From Candidatus Deferrimicrobiaceae bacterium (lineage in GTDB: Bacteria; Desulfobacterota; Deferrimicrobia; Deferrimicrobiales; Deferrimicrobiaceae), in NCBI GenBank assembly GCA_963792415.1, contig CAWBVY010000007.1, forward strand, positions 172,286-236,285: a stretch of DNA of 64,000 bases, in the 5' to 3' direction. Shown here piece by piece: positions 10,233 through 20,391 of the stretch. Position numbers and translations under genes: made by a program. The stretch's first letter is position 1. Each line of letters opens with the position of its first letter. The notes under the pieces were generated by a model, which saw only the letters and a list, made by a program, of their open reading frames with translations, did not search any database and had not been told where the DNA came from.

Positions 10233-11333
10233 TCAAGGGACGGCGGGCGGGCGGACCCCCGGCATCGTTCCCGAAAGTCCGGTCGCGAGGAACTCCCGGA
10301 GGGACTCCTTTTCCTCCCTCGACAGGCCGAGGGGCCGCAACAGGGGCGATTTCTTCGGGTCAACGCCGCCCCCGCGGTCGTAGAAGTCGATCACCTCCTC
10401 GAGGGTCCCGAGGGCGCCGTTGTGCATGTAGGGGGCGGTTGCCGCCACCTCCCGCAGCGAGGGCGTCGAGAACGCCTTCCAGTCCGCCGGGTCCTTCGTG
10501 ACCAGAAACCGCCCCGGGTCCTCGCGGAGCGTCCGGTAGTCGGGGAACCCCGACACCTTGCCGACGAACCGCGCGGTTGCGAACACCCGTGGATCATCCT
10601 TCGCCTTCGGGTCCTCCGGGACGCCGAGGTTGTGGAACCGCTCGTCGGTCAGGTTCGGGCCGTTGTGGCACGCCGCGCAGCCGGCCTTGCCGAGGAACAG
10701 CCCGAGCCCGGCGTGCTGCCGCGGCGTAAGGGCCCCCGGCTCCCCGCGCAGGCGACGGTCCAGCGGCGTGTCGCGGGAGAGAAGGGTCCGCTCGAAGGCG
10801 GCGATCGCCATCGCCACGCGCTGCCGGGTGATCTCACCCCCGAAGACGGATCGAAACGCTTCCACGTAGGCGGGGACCGTTTTCAGCACCTCTTCGAGAT
10901 AGTCCAGATTCCGGTTCATCTCGAAGGGGCTCATCATCGGGAAGAGGGCCTGCTCTTCGAGGGAGGTCGCCCGCCCGTCGTGGAACAGCCTCTTCCGGTA
11001 CGCCACGTTCACGAGCCCCGGGGAGTTCCGCCAGTTCCGCGTGGTGGGATAGGAGAGGGAGATCGGGAGCGCGTCGGCGAAGCCGGTCTCCGGGTCGTGG
11101 CAGGTGGCGCAACTCATCGTCCCGTCCCCCGACAGGCGCCGGTCGAAGAACAGCTTCTTCCCGAGTTCGACCTTCTCCGGTGTGGTCGGGTTCTCCGAAG
11201 GGGAAGGCGGAGGTGGCAGCGGGGCAAGAGCGGGCGGCGGGACGGGTTCGGCCGCGAACGAGGGGGAAGGCACGAGGGTCGCTCCCGCGAGGAGCGCGCA
11301 AAGAAGAAGGGGGGGAAGTGCGCGCGGGTTCAC
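10233..11333 (-). CDS. Periplasmic di-heme cytochrome c peroxidase (bCcP/MauG superfamily)
   Basis: Signal peptide; LGKKLFFDRRLS, CATCH and CAACH heme motifs, TPSLREVAATAPYMHNG. Confidence 0.9.
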   Translation of the reverse strand: MNPRALPPLLLCALLAGATLVPSPSFAAEPVPPPALAPLPPPPSPSENPTTPEKVELGKKLFFDRRLSGDGTMSCATCHDPETGFADALPISLSYPTTRNWRNSPGLVNVAYRKRLFHDGRATSLEEQALFPMMSPFEMNRNLDYLEEVLKTVPAYVEAFRSVFGGEITRQRVAMAIAAFERTLLSRDTPLDRRLRGEPGALTPRQHAGLGLFLGKAGCAACHNGPNLTDERFHNLGVPEDPKAKDDPRVFATARFVGKVSGFPDYRTLREDPGRFLVTKDPADWKAFSTPSLREVAATAPYMHNGALGTLEEVIDFYDRGGGVDPKKSPLLRPLGLSREEKESLREFLATGLSGTMPGVRPPAVP

Positions 11334-11974
11334 GGTTTCTTCCCTCCCGGCCCGGCGGCCTTGAGTTCCCCGTCGATGACCGCCTTGTACGACTCGAACG
11401 GCCGGACACCCAGAAGCTTCACCCCGTTGATGAAGATCGTCGGCGTGTTGTACAGGTAGAGCGACTCCCCGAGCTTCACGTCCCGGTCGATCTCCGGGTT
11501 ATGCCGCATCGTGTCCAGGTCCTTCGTGAAGCGGGGGACGTCGAGCTTCAGTTCCTTCGCGTACGCGATGAGGCTTTCCCGGTCCAGCTTCGGCGACCGG
11601 TCGAGCAGGAGGAGGTGCATTTCGCGGAACTTCCCCTGGTCGTGCGCCGCGAGCGACGCCTCCGCGGCGATGCGCGAATAGTCCCGGTACCGGTACGGCA
11701 GGTGCTTCACCACGAGGCGGACGCTGTCGCCGTACTCCTTGAGGATCTTCTCGACGGTCGGACCGACCGCCTTGCAGTGCGGTCACTGGTAGTCGAGGAA
11801 TTCGACGATCGTCACCGGCGCATTCGCGGGCCCGATGAACGGGGAGTCGCCCGCCGGCACGGCGAACCGGACGTCGGCGGCCCCCGCCGGGACCACGGCG
11901 AGAAGCGTCAGGGCGACCCGAAAGGCAAGGCGGCACGCGTTCAATCGCAATCCGCTTCCTTTCATCCTATCCAC
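11330..11974 (-). CDS. DsbA/thioredoxin-fold selenoprotein (UPHC active site; Sec at TGA 11783-11785)
   Basis: Track ORFs 11783..11974 and 11330..11713 are in one frame: GPANAPVTIVEFLDYQ-U-PHCKAVGPTVEKILKEYGDSVRLVVKHLP...NTPTIFING; signal peptide; hairpin downstream of UGA. Confidence 0.88.
11754..11770 (-). promoter_or_regulatory. Putative SECIS element of the DsbA-like gene
   Basis: GCGGTCG-GTC-CGACCGT hairpin starting 12 nt after the UGA. Confidence 0.65.
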
Positions 11975-12269
11975 CTCCTCCGCAAGATCGGTCGTTCTCC
12001 CTCGAAGATTCTACTACAACGCGGCCGGTTGGTCCCTTGCGGGAAGAAAATTCCATTCGGCATTGGTAAAAAAACAAATTGTGGTTGTTTTCAGTTTTAT
12101 GATAAATCGTTTGAAATCAAATATCTACCAAGAGTAATAATTATTATCTTTGTTTTTAAGGTTTTTCATTGATCTGTTTATAACATTTTTATAATATCAG
12201 CGAGGATCCGGCGGGTTTCTCTTTTTACGGATACGGCGTCAATCCGACCGACCGAAGGAGGTGTACCGG

Positions 12270-15200
12270 ATGGCGATATCACGGAGGGAGTTCTTCAAGA
12301 CCTCGGGGGCGGGGCTGGCCGCGGGCCTGCTCGGCTTCTCCCTCGACCCCGTAGTGGCGAAAGCCGACGAGTTCAGCCTCCGCTACGCGAAGGAGACGAC
12401 CACCATCTGCCCCTACTGCTCGGTGGGGTGCGGGATGATCGTCCACACCCTCGGGGGGAACCTCGTGAACGTCGAAGGCGATCCCGATCACCCGATCAGC
12501 GAGGGATCCCTCTGCCCGAAAGGCTCCTCGGTCCTCCAGCTGCGGGACAACAAGGCCCGGGTGACGAAACCCCTCTACCGCGCGCCCGGCGCGAAGGAGT
12601 GGAAGGAGGTCGACTGGGACTGGGCGCTCGACGAGATCGCGAAGAAGGTCAAGAAGACCCGGGACGCCACCTTCACCGCCAAGAGCACCATCAAGGTGAA
12701 GGAGAAGGTCGGCGACAGGGAGATAGAGAAGACGGTCGAGGCGGTCGTCAACCGGACGAACGGGATCGCCCACGTCGGGAGCGCCGCGCTGGACAACGAG
12801 GAGTGCTACCTCCTCCAGAAATTCCTCCGGGGGTTGGGCCTGGTCGCCATCGAGCACCAGGCGCGAATATGACACAGCGCCACTGTAGCGGCTCTGGCAG
12901 AGTCGTTCGGACGGGGCGCGATGACGAATCACTGGATCGACATAAAGAACGCGGACGTGATCCTGATCATGGGGGCCAACCCGGCGGAGAACCACCCCGT
13001 CGCCTTCCGCTGGATCCAGCGGGCGAAGGATAACGGCGCCAAGATCCTCTGCGTCGACCCGCGCTTCACCCGGAGCGCGGCGAAGGCCGACATCTACGCC
13101 CCCCTCCGGTCGGGTACGGACATCGCCTTTCTCGGCGGGATGATCCGGCACATCCTCGAAAATCGTCTCTACCACCAGGAGTACGTGGCGAAGTACACGA
13201 ACGCGTCGTACCTCGTCGGGCCCGATTTCAAGATGCCCGGAGACCTGGCCGGCCTCTTCTCGGGGTACGACAAGAAGAAGGGGAAGTACGACAAGAAGAC
13301 GTGGGCGTACCAGAAGGGCCCCGACGAGGTGATCCGGAAGGACGAGACGCTGAAGGATCCCCGTTCCGTCTTCCAGTTGCTGCGGAAGCAATATTCCCGC
13401 TACACGCCGGACCTCGTGTCGAGCATCACCGGAACGCCGAAGGAGACGCTCCTCAAGGTATACGAGGTGTACGGCTCCACGGGGAAGCCGGACAAGTCGG
13501 GGACCGAGCTGTACGCGATGGGGTGGACGCAGCACACGGTGGGGACGCAGAACATCCGCGCGATGAGCATCATCCAGCTCCTGCTCGGCAACGTCGGGGT
13601 CGCGGGCGGAGGGATCAACGCCCTGCGCGGCGAGAGCAACGTCCAGGGATCCACCGACCACGGGCTCCTCTTCCACATCCTTCCGGGGTATCTGGCGGTT
13701 CCTTCCGCGGACCTTCCCACCCTCGAGAAGTACGTCGAGAAGTACACCCCCAAGACGAAGGAGGCGCAGAGCGCGAACTGGTGGGGGAACCGGAACAAGT
13801 ACATCACGAGCTACCTGAAGGCGATCTACGGCGCCAAGGCGACGAAGGAGAACGACTTCGGCTACGCCTGGCTTCCCAAGAACGACCCGGGGGTGAACTC
13901 CTCCTGGCTGATGATCTTCGACAACATGCTTCGCGGCAAGTACAAGGGGTTCTTCGCCTGGGGACAGAACCCGGCCTGCTCCGGCTCCAACGCGGGGAAG
14001 GTCCGGAAGGCGCTGGAGCACCTGGAGTGGATGGTGACGGTCAACCTGTTCGACAACGAGACGGCGTCGTTCTGGAAGGGGCCGGGGGTGGACCCGGCGA
14101 AGGTGAACACGGAGGTCTTCTTCCTCCCCGCGGCGGCGTCGTTCGAGAAGGAGGGGAGCGTCACCAACTCCGGCCGGTGGGCGCAGTGGCGCACCGCGGC
14201 GGTCAAGCCCCTCGGGCAGTCGCGGCCCGACTCCGAGATCATGAACGACCTCTTCTTCCGGCTCAAGGCGCGGTATGCGAAGGAAGGGGGCGCCTACCCC
14301 GACCCGCTCGTGAACCTCACGTGGAACTACGGGTACAGGCATCTGGACGGCACGGTCCGGTCGGTCGACATCCACGCCGTGGCGAAGGAGATCAACGGCT
14401 ACTTCGTCGACAACGTCGAGGAGAAGCCGAAACCGGGGGAGCCCCCCCCCAAGGAGAGGAAGCTCGTCGGGAAGAAGGGGGAGCTGGCCGGCAGCTTCGC
14501 GCTGCTCCAGGCGGACGGCACCACCACCAGCGGGAACTGGCTCTACTGCCAGAGCTACAACGAGAAGGGGAACATGATGGCCCGGCGGGGAAAGAAGGAC
14601 CCCAGCGGGCTCGGGCTCTTCTCCGACTGGTCATGGGCGTGGCCCGTGAACCGGCGCATCCTCTACAACCGGGCGTCGGTCGACCTTTCGGGCAAGCCGT
14701 ACCTCGCGAAGAAGGCGGTCATCTACTGGAACGCCAACGCGGTCCTTCCCGACGGGAAGCTGGGCAAGTGGGAGGGCGACGTTCCCGACGGGGGGTGGCC
14801 CCCGATGGGGAACGAGAAGGACGGGAAGAAGCCGTTCATCATGCGGGCCGACGGCGTGGCGTCGGTCTTCGGACCGGGGCTTGCGGACGGCCCGTTCCCC
14901 GAGCATTACGAGCCGCTCGAGTGCCCGATCCAGGAGAACCTGATGTCGAAGCAGATGACGAACCCCGCGTCGAAAAAGTTCGCAGACGGGGGGTTGGCCG
15001 AGGACGTGTACGCCTCCTGCGACACGCGGTTCCCTTATGTTGCGACGACGTACCGGGTGACCGAGCACTGGCAGACGGGGGTGCTTTCCCGGAACGTCCC
15101 GTGGCTCCTCGAGCTGCAGCCCCGGCTCTTCGTGGAGATGGGCCTCGAGCTCGCGAAGGAGAAGAAGATCCGGAACGGCGACATGGTCGAGGTCGCCTCG

Positions 15201-15422
15201 GCGCGCGGGAAGGTCGATGCCGTCGCCATCGTCACCCCGCGCTTCCGGCCGTTCAAGGTGGCCGGCGGCACGGTTCACCAGGTCGGGCTCCCCTGGTGCT
15301 TCGGCTGGTTCACGCCGGGGGTGGGGGAATCGGCCAACCTCCTCACGCCGACGGCGGGGGACGCGAATACCATGATCCCTGAAACGAAGGCGTTCATGGT
15401 CAACGTAAAGGCGAGGGGGTGA
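12270..15422 (+). CDS. fdnG: Formate dehydrogenase-N alpha subunit, selenocysteine-containing (TGA 12870-12872)
   Basis: Tat signal SRREFFK, CPYCSVGC...CPKG Fe-S motif, canonical HQARI-U-HSATVAALAESFGRGAMTNHW, C-terminal molybdopterin dinucleotide domain. Confidence 0.96.
12887..12907 (+). promoter_or_regulatory. Putative SECIS element of fdnG
   Basis: AGCGGCTCT-GGC-AGAGTCGTT hairpin 14 nt after the UGA. Confidence 0.7.
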
Positions 15423-15427
15423 CCGCC

Positions 15428-16210
15428 ATGGCCCAGGTACGCGTGGGATTTCTCGTCGACACGTCGCGCTGCATCGGTTGCCGCTCCTGCCAGGTCGCGT
15501 GCAAGGCGTGGAACCACATGGACGCGGACAAGACGGTCGAGAAGGGAAGCTACGAAAACCCGACCGACCTCACCCCCAACCTGTACAACCGGATCCGGTT
15601 CCTCGAGAGCGCGGACGCCGGGGGGAACGTGAAGTGGCTCTTCATGAACGAGCGGTGCGTCCACTGCGGCGACGCGGGGTGCATGAAGGTCTGCCCGTCG
15701 CCGGGGGCGCTCCACCGGACGAAGGACGGGATCGTCGTCTTCGACAAGGAGAAGTGCATATCGTGCAAATATTGCGTCTCCGCCTGTCCGTTCAACATCC
15801 CCCGCTACGGGGCGGACGACAAGGTGACCAAGTGCCACCTGTGCTTCGACCGGATCGGGGCGGGGAGGCTCCCGGCGTGCGCCTTGGCGTGCCCGACCCA
15901 GACGCTGCAGTTCGGGGGCCGGGACGCCCTGATCGCGAAGGCGAGGGGGGCGGGGAAGAAGCTGTACGGTGAGAACGCGCTCGAGGGACTGGGGGTCGTC
16001 TACGCGCTCGAGGAGAAGCCCGAGGTGTACGGCCTTCCGGAGAATCCGACGATCCCGACATCGATCTTCCTGTGGAAGGACGTGGTGAGGCCGCTCGGGA
16101 TCCTCGGCTTCTGGGGCAGCGTCGCCGCGGTGGTGGTCCATTACGTGACCTTCGGATCGCGCCAGCTCGAGGAGGACGGGAAGGGGAAGGGAGGCGATGC
16201 GCATGGGTAA
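15428..16210 (+). CDS. fdnH: Formate dehydrogenase Fe-S (beta) subunit
   Basis: Four Fe-S motifs (CIGCRSCQVAC, CVHC..C..VCP, CISCKYCVSACP, CHLC..CALACP) and a C-terminal TM helix. Confidence 0.92.
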   Translation: MAQVRVGFLVDTSRCIGCRSCQVACKAWNHMDADKTVEKGSYENPTDLTPNLYNRIRFLESADAGGNVKWLFMNERCVHCGDAGCMKVCPSPGALHRTKDGIVVFDKEKCISCKYCVSACPFNIPRYGADDKVTKCHLCFDRIGAGRLPACALACPTQTLQFGGRDALIAKARGAGKKLYGENALEGLGVVYALEEKPEVYGLPENPTIPTSIFLWKDVVRPLGILGFWGSVAAVVVHYVTFGSRQLEEDGKGKGGDAHG

Positions 16211-16817
16211 GAAATACGTCGAGCGGTTCAACACGGCCGAGCGGGTGCTCCACTGGTTCGTCGCCGCGTCGTTCTTCACCCTGCTCCTGTCGGGGCTGGG
16301 GCTCTACTCCCGGCTCTTCCACGGCTACTTCGACCTGTTCGGGGGCGGGGAGGGGGCGATCCTGGCCCACAAGTACGCGGGGGTGATCTTCTTCTTCAGC
16401 TCCCTGCTGCTCTTCTTCAATCACGCGAAGGAGATGTTCACCTTCGACGAGGACGACCGGAAGTGGTGCAAGTCGCTGGGGGGCTACCTGTCGAAGAACC
16501 CCGAGCACATCAACAGCGGGAAGTTCAACGCCGGACAGAAGCTGTTCGGCATCTTCATGGGGATCGCGACGCTGCTGCTCGGGATCACCGGGGTCATCAA
16601 CTGGGTCCCCGAGTCGTTTCCGCGGGGGATCGTCCAGTTTTCGCTGCTGCTCCACGGCCTCCTGTTCGTCTGGTTCGTGATGCTCATGATCGTGCACGTC
16701 TACCTCACCACGATCGGCAACCCGGGGACGCTCGAGGGGATGTTGTACGGCAACGTCCGCAGGATCTGGGCGCGGACCCACCACCCGAAATGGTATAAGG
16801 AGGTAGAGGGCGAATAA
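16197..16817 (+). CDS. fdnI: Formate dehydrogenase cytochrome b (gamma) subunit
   Basis: RFNTAERVLHW, GKFNAGQK, HVYL, WARTHHPKWY motifs; four TM helices. Confidence 0.92.
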   Translation: MRMGKKYVERFNTAERVLHWFVAASFFTLLLSGLGLYSRLFHGYFDLFGGGEGAILAHKYAGVIFFFSSLLLFFNHAKEMFTFDEDDRKWCKSLGGYLSKNPEHINSGKFNAGQKLFGIFMGIATLLLGITGVINWVPESFPRGIVQFSLLLHGLLFVWFVMLMIVHVYLTTIGNPGTLEGMLYGNVRRIWARTHHPKWYKEVEGE

Positions 16818-16842
16818 TCGTCGGGAAGGGGCTTCGGGAGGG

Positions 16843-17685
16843 ATGAGTCGTACGGCGGACAAGATCGCGCACCTCCGGAAGACTTCCTTCGAGCATCCGG
16901 AGTACATCGACGTGCTCCTCCCGTTCGTCGAGATCTTCGCGTACGTCGACGGGAAGGAGGCCGGGACGGGGATCCGCTTCGCCGTCCCCGAGGGGAACGG
17001 GGCGGAGCGGGTGCGGGGCGGTCTTCCTCTCCTCTCCCCCGAGGCGCTCTCCGTGGATCGGGACGCCGCGACGGCCTTCCTGGCCGGCCTGCTCGACGTC
17101 CTGCGGCGCGTAGGCAGGGAGGGGCACGCGGATCTCGACCGGATCGGGGGGGGGCTTTCCGACGGTTCCCTCGACCTTGCCTCCCTGTACGTCGCCTGTC
17201 TTGCCCGGAAGCGGGACGTCGTGGACCAGGCGGCGGCGTCCCTTTCGGTCCAGGCGCCCCTGCTCGCCTTCGTCCTCGAGATCCCGTTGAAGACCGCCCT
17301 CGAACGCGTTTCCTCCTCCCTTCCCCCGGAGCGGTTCGACGGTTGGAAGGAAGGGTATTGTCCCGTCTGCGGCTCCCGCGCGGGGATGGCCGAACTCTCC
17401 GGGGACGAGGGGAAGCGGCGGCTCTGCTGCTCCGCCTGCTTCTTCCTCTGGACGTTCCCCCGGATCCAGTGCCCCTACTGCGGAAACGCGAACCCGGAAA
17501 CGCTCTCCTACTTCACCGCGGGGGACGGCCCCACCCGGGTCGGGGTGTGCCGCGGCTGCAGCCGGTACCTGAAGACGCGCGACACGCGCCTCGGGAACGC
17601 GGACGTGCCGCTGGAAGCCGAAGACCTCGCCACCCTCCACCTGGACCTTCTGGCCGGGAAGGAAGGGTTCGAGAGGGGGAAATGA
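16843..17685 (+). CDS. fdhE: Formate dehydrogenase accessory protein FdhE
   Basis: CPVCG, CSAC, CPYCGN, CRGCSRYLK, DLATLHLD. Confidence 0.9.
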   Translation: MSRTADKIAHLRKTSFEHPEYIDVLLPFVEIFAYVDGKEAGTGIRFAVPEGNGAERVRGGLPLLSPEALSVDRDAATAFLAGLLDVLRRVGREGHADLDRIGGGLSDGSLDLASLYVACLARKRDVVDQAAASLSVQAPLLAFVLEIPLKTALERVSSSLPPERFDGWKEGYCPVCGSRAGMAELSGDEGKRRLCCSACFFLWTFPRIQCPYCGNANPETLSYFTAGDGPTRVGVCRGCSRYLKTRDTRLGNADVPLEAEDLATLHLDLLAGKEGFERGK

Positions 17686-19076
17686 GCCGCCTGCCCGGAG
17701 ACGACGCGAAGGGCGGGGACGCCCCTCCCGTCCTGCGGTACGACGGGCGGCGGCTGGCTCCCGCCCGGCATCAGCCCGTGCGGGAGGTCCCCGTCGCCCT
17801 TTCGGTCAACGGCGTCGCGCTCGCGACGCTGATCGCCTCGCCCCACGACCTGCATTTCCTGGTGGCCGGTTTCCTTCGCATGCAGGGACTGGTCCGGTCC
17901 GCCGGGGACCTCCTGACCTTGAGCGTGTGCGAAGACTTCGGCGCGGCGTCCGTCCGGATCCGGGGAGACGTGCCGGACCGGATCACGCCGACCTACACCT
18001 CGGGATGCGGCGCGGGGATCAGCTTCCACGTCCCGGCCTCCGCCGGTCGCCCGGTCCAGGTCCCCTCCGCGGGACCGTCGGTTGCGCCGGAGTCGCTTTT
18101 TTCGGCGATGGACGCGCTGGGGAGGGCGTCCGAGGCGTACCGCGGGAGCGGAGGGATCCACTCCGCCGGGGCCTGGGACGGCGAGCGGCTCCTCCTGTTC
18201 GCCGAGGATATCGGGCGGCACAACACGATCGACCGGATCGCGGGGCAGGCGCTCCTGGGCGGGGTCGACCTCGCGGGCCGGATCCTCGTCGCCTCGGGGC
18301 GCGTTTCCTCGGAGATGGCGGCGAAGGCGGGCTCCCTCGGGATCTCCGTGATCGCCTCGCGCACCTCCCCCACCGACCTCGCGGTCAGGATCTGCGGGGA
18401 GCTGGGGATCACGCTCGTCGGGTACGTGCGGGGCCGCAGGTTCAATGTCTACACCCATCCGGCGCGGATCGCCGCCGTCGCCGCGGAGAGGATCCCCGGG
18501 GTCACGGGGGTGATCCTCGCGGGGGGGCGCTCCGGCCGGATGGGGAGCGACAAGGCGCTCCTGCCGTACCAGGGCGGGCGGTTCATCGAGGCGATCCACC
18601 GGCGGATGGAGGAGCTGTTCGACGAGGTGATCGTCGCCACCGGGGAGACGGCCCGGTACGATTTCCTCCCGTGCCGCCGGGTGACGGATCTCTACCCCGG
18701 GATGGGCGCGCTGGGGGGGATCCACGCGGCGTTGCGGGCGAGCGGCTCGGAGAAGGTCTTTGTCCTGGCGTGCGACATGCCGCACCTCGCTCCGGACCTC
18801 ATCCAGCACCTGTGCTCCCTGGCGGAAGAGGCGGACGTGGTGGTGCCCGAGGGGGAGGGGGGTCTGGAGCCGCTTCACGCGGTGTACCGGAAGGGCGTCC
18901 TCCCCGCCGTGGAAGACGCGCTGAGGAACGGGCAGTGCCGCGTGGTTTCCTTCTTCGACCGGGTGCGCGTCCGCCGCGTTCCCTTCGTGGAGGTGGAGCG
19001 GATCGACCCCGATCTGCGCGCCTTCCGGAACATCAACACTCCCGAGGAGTATTACCGGTTCCGGGACGGGGAGTAA
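17682..19076 (+). CDS. FdhD sulfurtransferase fused to MobA molybdenum cofactor guanylyltransferase
   Basis: FdhD: TSGCG, EDIGRHNTIDR, SGRVSSEM; MobA: VILAGGRSGRMGSDKA, ACDMP, EPLHAVY, NINTPEEY; ATG overlaps fdhE stop. Confidence 0.88.
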   Translation: MSRLPGDDAKGGDAPPVLRYDGRRLAPARHQPVREVPVALSVNGVALATLIASPHDLHFLVAGFLRMQGLVRSAGDLLTLSVCEDFGAASVRIRGDVPDRITPTYTSGCGAGISFHVPASAGRPVQVPSAGPSVAPESLFSAMDALGRASEAYRGSGGIHSAGAWDGERLLLFAEDIGRHNTIDRIAGQALLGGVDLAGRILVASGRVSSEMAAKAGSLGISVIASRTSPTDLAVRICGELGITLVGYVRGRRFNVYTHPARIAAVAAERIPGVTGVILAGGRSGRMGSDKALLPYQGGRFIEAIHRRMEELFDEVIVATGETARYDFLPCRRVTDLYPGMGALGGIHAALRASGSEKVFVLACDMPHLAPDLIQHLCSLAEEADVVVPEGEGGLEPLHAVYRKGVLPAVEDALRNGQCRVVSFFDRVRVRRVPFVEVERIDPDLRAFRNINTPEEYYRFRDGE

Positions 19077-19092
19077 TCGACAGGAGGGTGCG

Positions 19093-19380
19093 ATGGAAGG
19101 ACCGCAGAAGCCGATGGAGATCCAGGTGACGTTCCCGGAAGACCTCAAGGGCGGCGCCTACTCCAACAGCATGACCGTGACCCACACCCGCGAGGAGTTC
19201 GTGCTGGATTTCATGATGGTCGCCCCGCCCGCCGGCTCCGTCACCGCGAGGGTCATCCTCTCCCCCGGCCACGCCAAGAGGGTCGTCGCGGCGCTCTCCG
19301 AAAACGTCAGGAAGTACGAGGAGGCGCACGGGACGATCTTCACGGCCGAGGAGCCGAAGGGGAAGATCGGCATCAACTGA
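19093..19380 (+). CDS. Small conserved protein (DUF3467-like)
   Basis: GAYSN...HTREEFVLDF...ARVILSPGHAKR pattern; RBS AGGAG. Confidence 0.75.
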   Translation: MEGPQKPMEIQVTFPEDLKGGAYSNSMTVTHTREEFVLDFMMVAPPAGSVTARVILSPGHAKRVVAALSENVRKYEEAHGTIFTAEEPKGKIGIN

Positions 19381-19438
19381 GATCTTCGCCTCCCTCGGCG
19401 AATGCCTCAATTCACGAACCGATCGCATTCGACCGCCG

Positions 19439-20224
19439 CTATCGTCCCTCGAACCGGGCGGGCCGCTTGTCGAGGAACGCCCGGATCCCCTCCCGGAAAT
19501 CCCGGGTTCCCGCGCACCGCGAGATGTTCTGCCGTTCCTCCTCGAGCTGGGCCTCCAGGGGTTGGGAGAGCGCCCGGTTGTACAGCTCCTTCGCCCTGGC
19601 GTACGCGAGCGTGGGGCCGGAAGCGAGCCGGTTCGCCAGCGCATCGACCCCGGCGGCGAACTCCGCGTCCGGGAAGATCTCCTGCACCAGTCCCCACTCG
19701 GCGGCCCGGTCCGCCGGGAGGACCCTCGAAAAGAGCGTCATCTCCATCGCCCGCTGCGCCCCCACGGTGCGGGCGAGGAAAAAGGTCATCCCCCCGTCGG
19801 GGGAGAGCCCGATGTTCTGGTACCCGAGGGTGAAGCGCGCGGACGAGGCGGCCACGGCGACGTCGCAGGCGAGCGCCATCGAGAACCCGGCCCCGGCGGC
19901 CACGCCGTTGACCGCCGCGACGACCGGCTTCGGGGCGCGCCGCAGCGTCGCGATCAGCGCGTGCAGGCCGATCGCCATCCCCAGGAACTTTCCCGGCCCC
20001 TCGTTCTCGAACGCCGCGAACGACTCCACGTCGCCGCCGGCGGAGAACGCCTTCCCGGTTCCGGTGAGGACCACGCACCGGACCGACGGGTCCGACGAGA
20101 CTTCCGAAACCGCCGACAGGAGCTCCTCCCCCATTTCCTGGTTGTAGGCGTTCAACCGCTCCGGCCGGTTCATCCGGACCGTCGCGACCCCCCCGTTCCG
20201 CCCCACCTGGACGATTTCGCTCAT
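19439..20224 (-). CDS. Enoyl-CoA hydratase/isomerase family protein (PaaG-like)
   Basis: [37 protein letters not shown]. Confidence 0.9.
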   Translation of the reverse strand: MSEIVQVGRNGGVATVRMNRPERLNAYNQEMGEELLSAVSEVSSDPSVRCVVLTGTGKAFSAGGDVESFAAFENEGPGKFLGMAIGLHALIATLRRAPKPVVAAVNGVAAGAGFSMALACDVAVAASSARFTLGYQNIGLSPDGGMTFFLARTVGAQRAMEMTLFSRVLPADRAAEWGLVQEIFPDAEFAAGVDALANRLASGPTLAYARAKELYNRALSQPLEAQLEEERQNISRCAGTRDFREGIRAFLDKRPARFEGR

Positions 20225-20391
20225 GTCCGCCCCCTCTCTCTCTGCGTCGGCCGGCGGATATCGCCGGCGGTTCGTTCTTTTCGCGGCACCGTAACAATAT
20301 AATGGATAATAAGTTGCGGCTTACGATTTCGTCGCCGCATTGTTATTCTTCCACTGTTTCCAGGCCCGTGGACGCGGGCGAAAGGAGAGTC

